Origin: Spirochaetota bacterium
Lineage (GTDB): Bacteria; Spirochaetota; UBA4802; UBA5550
Assembly (NCBI GenBank): GCA_050298055.1
Contig: JBNKTL010000017.1
Coordinates: forward strand, 26,306-90,305
Length of the DNA: 64,000 bases
Reading direction: 5' to 3'
Positions 56,799 through 64,000 of this stretch are shown in pieces; positions within the stretch are counted from its first letter, which is position 1; the number at the start of each line of letters is the position of its first letter. The position numbers and the translations under genes were made by a program. The notes beneath the pieces were generated by a model, which had not been told where the DNA came from, ran no database searches, and saw nothing but the letters and a program-made list of their open reading frames with translations.

Positions 56799-56935
56799 GT
56801 AACTACTCGGCTCTATGGAGAAATAAACCTGTTTATCAAAATATCAACAGGATGTCCCCGCTCCTTCGGCTGCGGGGACATCCCGGTTATTTTTTTAATA
56901 AATATGATTAGTCTTTAACATGGCTGAGTAGCAAC
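56799..56935 (+). mobile_element. MITE-like element copy
   Basis: TIRs GTAACTACTCGGC...GCTGAGTAGCAAC; internal AAAATATCAACAGGATGTCCCCGC..CTTCGG..GCGGGGACATCC. Confidence 0.75.
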
Positions 56936-56960
56936 TTATAGTGAAAAAAGAGGTACCTTT

Positions 56961-58259
56961 ATGAATGCGGCAAAATTTGAAGTAAAATCCTATCCGAAGA
57001 TGTGGGAAAGTCTGGACATGGATGTTGAAAGGTTTGATAAAGCACGCCTTGCGCTTGGAGAAGTCTACACAAATACATTTCTTTCCCAGGAGAACCGGCC
57101 CCGCATGATGCGCTATTTTGATGAGATGGTATCTGAAATTTTTGGACGCCGTATTGAGGAGCTGCTTGAAGTAAAGAAATCGGGTAAGCCTGTAGTGGGG
57201 ACTTTTTGTGTTTATATCCCCGAAGAGATCGTTGTCGCCGCAGGGGGCGTATGCGTGGGTCTCTGCGGAGGATCACAGGGCTCCGTACCTGATGCGGAAA
57301 AAATTCTTCCCAGGAATATCTGCCCCATGGTCAAGTCCGCTTACGGTTTTAAAGAGGGGAGAATATGTCCCTACTTCCAGAGTGTTGATTTTGTCTATGG
57401 AGAAACCACCTGTGACGCGAAGAAAAAGACATGGGAACTCCTTGACCGGCTGGTGCCCACCCATGTGATGGAGATCCCCCAGATGAAGAAAAAGCGGGAT
57501 AAAGACCTGTGGCTGGAGGAAGTAAAAGATTTCAAAACAAAGGTGGAAGAGATCAGTAAAACAACGATATCAACCGAAGATCTGAAAAACGCCATTAATG
57601 TCATCAATAATAAACGAAAAGCCCTTCAGGACCTTACAAGATTAAGGGCCCACAATCCCGCCCCCATCAGCGGAAGAGATGCTTTGCTTATTGAGCAGAT
57701 TGCATTTTATGATGAACCTGTCCGTTTTGCCGATAAGCTCAATGAGTTGTGCCGGGAGCTTGAAGAACGGGTCAGCAGCGGAACAGGCATTGCTGCCGGC
57801 GAATCTCCCCGGGTCATGATATCGGGAACTCCTATGGCCCTCCCCAACTGGAAGGTGCATAACCTTGTGGAAAGTGCCGGGGCCGTCGTGGTCAATGAGG
57901 AAAGCTGTATTGGCACCCGGTATTTTAAAGATCTCATTGATGAAGATAAAAATTCACTGGACGAACAGCTTGACGTGCTTACGGACCGTTATATGCGGAT
58001 AGACTGTTCCTGTTTTACTCCCAATGATGAACGGGTTGACCAGGTTTTGAAAGAATTTAAAGATTCCCGGGCCCAGGGTATCCTTCACTATTCCCTCCAG
58101 TTCTGTCACACATATAATATCGAAGAGGTAAAAATCCGGGAAGCCTGCGAAAAGGAAGGCATCCCCTATCTTTCCATTGAATCCGATTACTCACCGGAGG
58201 ATGTTGGACAGCTGCAGACCAGGATCGAGGCTTTCCTGGAACAGATAAGGGAGCAATAA
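56961..58259 (+). CDS. Double-cubane-cluster protein / 2-hydroxyacyl-CoA dehydratase family
   Basis: GTFCVYIPEE, LCGG, NICP, ETTCDAKKK, EESC, DCSCF, QFCH, IESDYS..D.GQL.TRIEAF. Confidence 0.9.
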   Translation: MNAAKFEVKSYPKMWESLDMDVERFDKARLALGEVYTNTFLSQENRPRMMRYFDEMVSEIFGRRIEELLEVKKSGKPVVGTFCVYIPEEIVVAAGGVCVGLCGGSQGSVPDAEKILPRNICPMVKSAYGFKEGRICPYFQSVDFVYGETTCDAKKKTWELLDRLVPTHVMEIPQMKKKRDKDLWLEEVKDFKTKVEEISKTTISTEDLKNAINVINNKRKALQDLTRLRAHNPAPISGRDALLIEQIAFYDEPVRFADKLNELCRELEERVSSGTGIAAGESPRVMISGTPMALPNWKVHNLVESAGAVVVNEESCIGTRYFKDLIDEDKNSLDEQLDVLTDRYMRIDCSCFTPNDERVDQVLKEFKDSRAQGILHYSLQFCHTYNIEEVKIREACEKEGIPYLSIESDYSPEDVGQLQTRIEAFLEQIREQ

Positions 58260-59017
58260 TGCTTATCGGTGTAGATCTCGGGTCACGGGCCATTAAGATC
58301 GCCGTGATGGTCAACGGTGCGCTTCATGATTCCCAGAAGAAAGAAAGCGGTTTTGAACCGCATACCCAGGCGAAAAGTATGCTTGCGGCATACAGTCCCG
58401 GTAAAATTATAGCAACCGGCTACGGGAGGCATCTTGCCCAGAAACATTTTGCCCATGAAGTCATCACTGAAATTAAGGCCCATGCACTGGGGGCGCGGCA
58501 TTTTTTCCCTGACTGTACCACTGTTCTCGATGTGGGAGGACAGGACTCCAAGGTCATTTCACTTGACGGGGAGGGAAGGGTCATAAATTTCCAGATGAAT
58601 GACAAATGCGCGGCGGGGACAGGCCGCTTTCTGGAAATCATGGCCGCCTCCCTGGGCTATACAATAGGTGAATTTGGTGATGCGGCCCTTTCCTCAACCA
58701 GGGAGGTGTCTATTAACAGCATGTGTACCGTGTTTGCCGAATCGGAAGTTATTTCAATGAAAAATTCGGGTATCTCTCCCGCTGATATTGCCAGGGCCGT
58801 TCACCTGTCCGTTGTGAACAGGCTGGCTGCCATGCTTGAGAGAATTGGCATTGGAGAATCAATCGTCTTTTCCGGCGGGGTCGCCAATAACCGGTGTATT
58901 GTCAAACTGCTGGAGGAGAACCTGAATAAACCGGTACATATACCGGAGACCCCTGATATTGTGGGGGCAATCGGTGCTGCCGTTTATGCCCGGAATCACA
59001 GTCCGGGTGCCGTCTGA
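58259..59017 (+). CDS. ATP-dependent activase/reductase (HgdC/BadFG, DCCP-R type)
   Basis: GVDLGS, ATGYGR, DVGGQDSK, MNDKCAAGTGRFLE, CTVFAESE. Confidence 0.95.
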   Translation: MLIGVDLGSRAIKIAVMVNGALHDSQKKESGFEPHTQAKSMLAAYSPGKIIATGYGRHLAQKHFAHEVITEIKAHALGARHFFPDCTTVLDVGGQDSKVISLDGEGRVINFQMNDKCAAGTGRFLEIMAASLGYTIGEFGDAALSSTREVSINSMCTVFAESEVISMKNSGISPADIARAVHLSVVNRLAAMLERIGIGESIVFSGGVANNRCIVKLLEENLNKPVHIPETPDIVGAIGAAVYARNHSPGAV

Positions 59018-60456
59018 CCGGTTTGTCTCCTGGATTTTATAAAACCTGTTATGGCAAGAACCAGAGAGATGAATATCACCAGGGATGAGATAATAAATAC
59101 ATCGTGAAGTCCGGAGATCTGGTCCTTCACGCTTGCTTTGGAGGGGCCCTCGTTGAGTATTCTTCCGCTGGAGGAGGCAACCCTGTATGCCCAGAGAGCG
59201 CCCAGCAGGGCAATCCCCGATGTCTGCCCCAGGGTCCGGGTGATGGCGAGAAGACTGGAAGCCGTCCCGTACTGGTGCCTCGGGAAGGAGTGCATGATTG
59301 CGCTGTTGTTGGGAGACTGAAACGTTCCCAGACCAATTCCCAGGGGAATGAAAGCGGAAACATAAGCGGGGATTGCACTGCTTCCGTTAAATATCAGGGA
59401 CATCAGGAGAAATCCCGTAAGAATAAACGTAAGGCCGATTGCATTCATGATCCATGTGCCGTACCTGTCAGAAATCGAACCCGAAAATGGAGACACTATT
59501 CCCGCGCTTAAAGGAATTGTCGCCAGGAGCAGACCCATTGACGCGGGATTCATTTTGAGAATATTCTGGAGGTAAAAGGGGATAAGGAGTATCACCCCGG
59601 CCATTGTAATAAAGACGCTGAATCCCATGAGAATGTTAAAACTCAGGAGCCCCCTGCGGAAAAGTCTCAAATTCAGCAGAGGGTCTTGGGCTTTTAATTC
59701 CGTGAGAATAAATCCAATGAGAAAGAGAAAGAACACCGTGAAGAGAACCAGTACACCGGATTCTGTAAATCCTCTTTTCTGGCCTACGGTGAGGGCGAGG
59801 AGAAGGGAGAGTATGCAGATAAACATGAAGAGAGCTCCCCGGTAATCAAATTTTTGACCGGCCTTCGGTTTGGTGTACGGTATGAACTTCAGGGACATGA
59901 CTATCCCCAATATGCCAAGAGGGATATTTACCAGGAAAATCCAGTGCCAGGAAAGCCTGTTGATGATTAAACCTCCGATGACCGGGCCCGTGATGATACC
60001 GATTGAAACCATGGAGCCGATTATGCCGAGGGATTTTCCTCTTTCTGCGGGAGGGAAGGCTTCGCTGATTATTCCCGCGCCCAGGGCCATTGTCATAACG
60101 GCGCCTGTTCCCTGGAAGACTCTTGCCCCTATGAGCCAGTGAATAGTCGGCGAGAGGGCGCAGAGAAGGGAACCTGCGGTGAATACCGCCATCCCTGAAA
60201 TATAGAGTGTTTTTTTACCTACAATATCCGCGATCCTGCCAACACCAAGCATGAGTGTGGTAACAGTGAGAAGATATGAGAGAACGACCCACTGGACCAG
60301 GGAAAAATAAGTATTCAGTTCATGAACAAGTGTGGGCAGGGCAATATTGACAATACTTGCGTCAATTGTACCGAGAATAATCCCCATTGCAACTGCCGCC
60401 ATGGCATACCATTTACGGCTGTAATCTGTTTCTTCGGACATGTTTTCTGCTGTCAT
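58996..60456 (-). CDS. MFS drug:H+ antiporter (DHA2, 14 TM)
   Basis: DASIVNIALP, GRIADIVGKK, WHWIFLVNIP, SPNNSAIM. Confidence 0.92.
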   Translation of the reverse strand: MTAENMSEETDYSRKWYAMAAVAMGIILGTIDASIVNIALPTLVHELNTYFSLVQWVVLSYLLTVTTLMLGVGRIADIVGKKTLYISGMAVFTAGSLLCALSPTIHWLIGARVFQGTGAVMTMALGAGIISEAFPPAERGKSLGIIGSMVSIGIITGPVIGGLIINRLSWHWIFLVNIPLGILGIVMSLKFIPYTKPKAGQKFDYRGALFMFICILSLLLALTVGQKRGFTESGVLVLFTVFFLFLIGFILTELKAQDPLLNLRLFRRGLLSFNILMGFSVFITMAGVILLIPFYLQNILKMNPASMGLLLATIPLSAGIVSPFSGSISDRYGTWIMNAIGLTFILTGFLLMSLIFNGSSAIPAYVSAFIPLGIGLGTFQSPNNSAIMHSFPRHQYGTASSLLAITRTLGQTSGIALLGALWAYRVASSSGRILNEGPSKASVKDQISGLHDVFIISSLVIFISLVLAITGFIKSRRQTGQTAPGL

Positions 60457-60617
60457 GGTTTCATCCGTTTTATTTTATATGAAAGCCATAGATATTAATG
60501 ATGTGAAATATAGCAATAATAAATAGAACTTTAGGCAGGCAGAATATAGATCAAAAGACCGGTAAAGAGTTAAGCTGTTACCCGTGCTGCAGCTTCATGC
60601 GAAGACATAAGGACCTC

Positions 60618-61337
60618 TCATTGCCCCTTCATAAAACCGGAAACAAATTTCTTAAATCCCTTCCGCTCATTTTCAAATGACTCGTAAAGAGGGGCCTCTC
60701 TTCCTGAATTGATAAGCTGCTTCATCTTCCCGATCATTTCAAAATCCGCTGTTTTTATCTCGTCACAGATTTCCCCTGCCCTCTTCATGAGCCTCTCATG
60801 GGCCACAACCTCGTTTACAAGCCCGATCCTGAACGCCTCTTCCGCTTCGACTATTTTACCGGAAAGTGATATCTCCTTTGCTCTCCGGATGCCCACTGCC
60901 TCCTGAAGGAGCTGTGACATCCCCCATCCCGGGTGGATACGCACTCTCACATGGGTGTCCCGGAATGAGGCCCGTTCCGAGGCTATGAGGAAATCACAAT
61001 TGAGGGCAATCTCGAAACCGCCGGTTATGGCGTGTCCGTTAACGGCACCGATCACCGGTTTGTCCAGTGAGTGAAACAGGTCCGGGAGGTCCGTACCGTC
61101 ACCCCTTGGATCAAAGAGGTTTTCCGTTTTTACCGCGTCAAGGTCTATCCCGGAACAGAATGATTTGCCGTTCCCGGTAATGATCGCGGCCCTGATATCG
61201 TCTCTCCTGTTTACTTCTTCAAGGTGGTTGTAGAGATGAAGAAGGAGTTCCCGGTTTATGGCATTTCTCCTCTCCGGCCTGTTCAGTGTAATGACTGCTG
61301 TCCCGTCTTTAACTTCAAAGAGTACAGGTTGCTCCAT
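60618..61337 (-). CDS. Enoyl-CoA hydratase/isomerase family protein
   Basis: LNRPERRNA, FCSGIDL, AVNGHAITGGFE. Confidence 0.93.
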   Translation of the reverse strand: MEQPVLFEVKDGTAVITLNRPERRNAINRELLLHLYNHLEEVNRRDDIRAAIITGNGKSFCSGIDLDAVKTENLFDPRGDGTDLPDLFHSLDKPVIGAVNGHAITGGFEIALNCDFLIASERASFRDTHVRVRIHPGWGMSQLLQEAVGIRRAKEISLSGKIVEAEEAFRIGLVNEVVAHERLMKRAGEICDEIKTADFEMIGKMKQLINSGREAPLYESFENERKGFKKFVSGFMKGQ

Positions 61338-61520
61338 GGTTCTTCTCCCTGCGCGGAATATTCACTGGCTCTCATTTCATTTCATAGTATACCGGTCATC
61401 ATATTAACGTCAAGATAAGTTTAACGGGGTCTGCTCTTTTCTCTTGACTTCCAAATAATTATGTATTAAGACTATCCGGACAGCCTGTGATATTCAATTC
61501 TTTCGCGTAAGGAGACCCCA

Positions 61521-62834
61521 ATGGACTTTATGATCAAGACACTGGGTGAATGCACGTACGATTCGCCTCTGTCAAAAAAATTTCCCGCAAGCGATCACTT
61601 CTATATGCGGGAAAAGAGGAGAATGCATTTTAATGTTTTTTCCGAAGAAAATAAGGCCCCCCGGCTCTGTGAGGAAAACTGCTTTGAACTTGCCGGTCCC
61701 CGGGAAAAACTCTATTTTAACCCGGAAAAGAGTGTTTCCGCCCTTATCACCTGCGGGGGGCTCTGTCCCGGGCTCAACGATGTCATCAGGTCAATTGTTA
61801 TGGAGACCTACTACATGTACGGTTCAAGATCGATCCTCGGTATCCGGAACGGTTATAACGGGCTCAATCCTGAAAAAGGATACGAACCGGTAGAACTCAC
61901 CCCGGAATATGTCCGGGACATCCACAAGATCGGCGGGACTATTCTCGGTTCATCACGGGGAGGGACCGATGATATGGACCTCCTGGTTGATACCATAGAG
62001 AGGCTGGGAATAAACATCCTCTACACCATAGGCGGCGACGGGACCCTCCGGGGAGCCCGAAAGATCGATGAAATCGCAATAGCGAGAGGGATTGATCTTG
62101 CGGTGATCGGGGTCCCGAAAACCATTGACAACGATATCAGCTATATACAGAAATCGTTCGGTTTCGAGACAGCATTCACCCGGGCCGTTGAAGCCATAAG
62201 CTCCGCCCATGTTGAGGCCAGCGGGGCCCCAAACGGGATCGGGCTTGTGAAACTCATGGGGAGACATTCCGGTTTTATTGCCGCCAACGCGTCCCTTGCC
62301 ATGAATGATGTCAATTTTCTGCTTGTACCGGAGGTGGAATTTGACCTGGAGGGTGACAACGGTTTTCTCAAACACCTGGAAGAAAGGATACTCAGAAGGA
62401 AACATGCGGTCATCTGCGTTGCCGAAGGCGCCGGGCAGAGGCACCTTGTGGAGGACACATCGAGCCAGAAGAGGGACAAATCGGGTAATATCATCCTTGA
62501 GGATATCGGGATCTTTTTAAAAAACAGGATTAAAGAGTATTTTGACAGGAGGGGAATAGAAGCCAATCTAAAATATATCGATCCGAGCTATATCATCAGG
62601 AGTACCCCGGCGAACCCCGCGGATTCGGTCTTCTGCGCTCTCCTGGGCCAGAATGCCGTTCACGCGGCCATGGCCGGGAAGACCGACATGATAGTGGGAC
62701 AGTGGAACAATATCTTCACTCATCTGCCTATTGAGCTTGCCATATCAAAAAGAAAGAAGTTAAATCCCCGTTCCGCCTACTGGTACAGTGTTCTGCAGGC
62801 AACGGGGCAGCCGGCGAGTATGGTTAATAAGTAA
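61521..62834 (+). CDS. pfkA: ATP-dependent 6-phosphofructokinase (group X)
   Basis: TCGGLCPG, GGTILGSSRG, GGDGT, PKTIDND, MGR, YIDPSYIIRS. Confidence 0.93.
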   Translation: MDFMIKTLGECTYDSPLSKKFPASDHFYMREKRRMHFNVFSEENKAPRLCEENCFELAGPREKLYFNPEKSVSALITCGGLCPGLNDVIRSIVMETYYMYGSRSILGIRNGYNGLNPEKGYEPVELTPEYVRDIHKIGGTILGSSRGGTDDMDLLVDTIERLGINILYTIGGDGTLRGARKIDEIAIARGIDLAVIGVPKTIDNDISYIQKSFGFETAFTRAVEAISSAHVEASGAPNGIGLVKLMGRHSGFIAANASLAMNDVNFLLVPEVEFDLEGDNGFLKHLEERILRRKHAVICVAEGAGQRHLVEDTSSQKRDKSGNIILEDIGIFLKNRIKEYFDRRGIEANLKYIDPSYIIRSTPANPADSVFCALLGQNAVHAAMAGKTDMIVGQWNNIFTHLPIELAISKRKKLNPRSAYWYSVLQATGQPASMVNK

Positions 62835-62865
62835 GGTAAACCGGGAAAAGTCCGGGCTATGGATT

Positions 62866-63744
62866 TTAGCTGGTTTTAACGCAGTTCCTTCCGCTGTTTT
62901 TGGCCGTGTAAAGCGCACTGTCCGCGGAGGAGACAATCTTCCTGTATTCATCACCGTCTTCCGGATATGAAGAAATGCCGCCGCTTATGGTGATCTTAAT
63001 ATCGGTATCTTTAATTCCCGTGCCCTCCAGTGCTTTCCGTATCCTCTCGGCAGCGGTAAAAGCCTGTTTCTTATCCGTGTGAGGCATAACAATGAGAAAC
63101 TCCTCTCCACCGTACCTTCCCGCGTAATCAGAGTCCCGCATGTTTTTTGCGATGCTTTCGGATACATTTCTCAGGACAATGTCCCCTGCCTGGTGGCCGT
63201 AGGTATCGTTGACTTTTTTAAAGTGGTCGATATCCATCATCGCAATTGAGAAGCTGTTATTGTATCTCCTTCCCCTGTTGATCTCCTCTTCCAGCCTTTT
63301 ATCAATCCCCCCCCTGTTAAGAAGGCCGGTAAGCTTATCATGGTATATCAGGTTGTTGAATTCCCTGCTCTTTTCGATACGGGACCTGATTATTGCCATA
63401 AGCTCGCTGTTCTCAAAGGGTTTCGTGAGGTAGTAGTCCGCTCCGATTTCAAGGCCCTGAATTTTATCATCCAGTTTATTTTTTGCCGAGAGAAAAACAA
63501 AGGGGATCAGGTTAAACTTCTGGTTTTCCCTGAGATTGTTTCTGAACTCCATTCCATCCATTACAGGCATAATAATGTCACTGATAATCAGATCGGGAGT
63601 GAATTCAGACATGAGATTTATGGCATTCTGTCCGTTAACGGCGGATTTGATCTCAAACCCCTCTTTTTCAAGCTTTGCTTTAATTAAGGTAAGTGTTGTT
63701 TGATTGTCTTCTACCAGGAGAATTTTTGACTTCATAGAGTTCAT
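62866..63744 (-). CDS. Response regulator diguanylate cyclase (REC-GGDEF)
   Basis: ISDIIMP receiver; RDSD I-site followed by GRYGGEEF. Confidence 0.95.
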   Translation of the reverse strand: MNSMKSKILLVEDNQTTLTLIKAKLEKEGFEIKSAVNGQNAINLMSEFTPDLIISDIIMPVMDGMEFRNNLRENQKFNLIPFVFLSAKNKLDDKIQGLEIGADYYLTKPFENSELMAIIRSRIEKSREFNNLIYHDKLTGLLNRGGIDKRLEEEINRGRRYNNSFSIAMMDIDHFKKVNDTYGHQAGDIVLRNVSESIAKNMRDSDYAGRYGGEEFLIVMPHTDKKQAFTAAERIRKALEGTGIKDTDIKITISGGISSYPEDGDEYRKIVSSADSALYTAKNSGRNCVKTS

Positions 63745-64000
63745 ACACTGTATTTACAAGAAAGATCTTCTAACTTTCCCATGAGTACATCCGGTTTTTT
63801 TTAGTATTTAGGATTCCTCATTATAAATGACTATTATGTCATTTTCGTCAAGGATTTTAATCATTATTTGTTCCGAAAAATTAAGATTTATCTTCATTAT
63901 TCCACATCCCTTAGGGCCCCCCGTCCCCCTTGTCTGTCGATTTTTACAAATTGAAATAAACAGTTATTGTATAAATCTACCTCGATTATCAAGATTGGGG

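Noticed and set aside
57204..57255. SECIS-like hairpin (CGCC-GCAGGG-GGCG) downstream of the GTFC Cys codon
   Set aside because: Only a 4-bp stem and explainable by the coding sequence; too weak to claim without a covariation test
58996..59017. 22-nt 3' overlap of convergent activase and MFS genes
   Set aside because: Short convergent overlaps are common and imply no special function

Overview
A 64 kb bacterial chromosomal window with about 50 protein genes, probably from an anaerobic, uncultured Spirochaetota-type organism. That placement is an inference from Leptospira-like hypothetical proteins, an MBL/cNMP phosphodiesterase and AGA/AGG-rich codon use. Most genes are housekeeping: psd, the cobamide nucleotide-loop genes cobU-cobS-cobC-cobT, cbiJ, purine uptake and salvage, fatty-acid catabolism, pfkA, and signalling proteins (PAS kinases, PilZ, GGDEF). 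Three things stand out. (1) An unusual ~90-nt tRNA at 56687-56777 has a selenocysteine-tRNA-like fold (long GC D-stem with tiny loop, long variable arm) but a Cys anticodon (GCA). It sits directly upstream of a double-cubane Fe-S reductase/activase pair. (2) An AT-rich island at about 22.0-29.3 kb encodes a 2H-phosphoesterase-like protein, a MoaA-like radical SAM enzyme with altered substrate residues, a HAD phosphatase, a ThuA-like protein and a 1293-aa HAD + degenerate PfkB + ClpB-D2-type AAA+ fusion. It is a candidate undescribed nucleotide-modification or defence system. (3) A dispersed ~135-bp MITE-like element (terminal inverted repeats GTAACTACTCAGC, internal GC hairpin) occurs in at least five copies, alongside several REP-like palindromes. 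No CRISPR array, rRNA or transposase gene was seen. All calls come from reading motifs by eye; no database searches were run.
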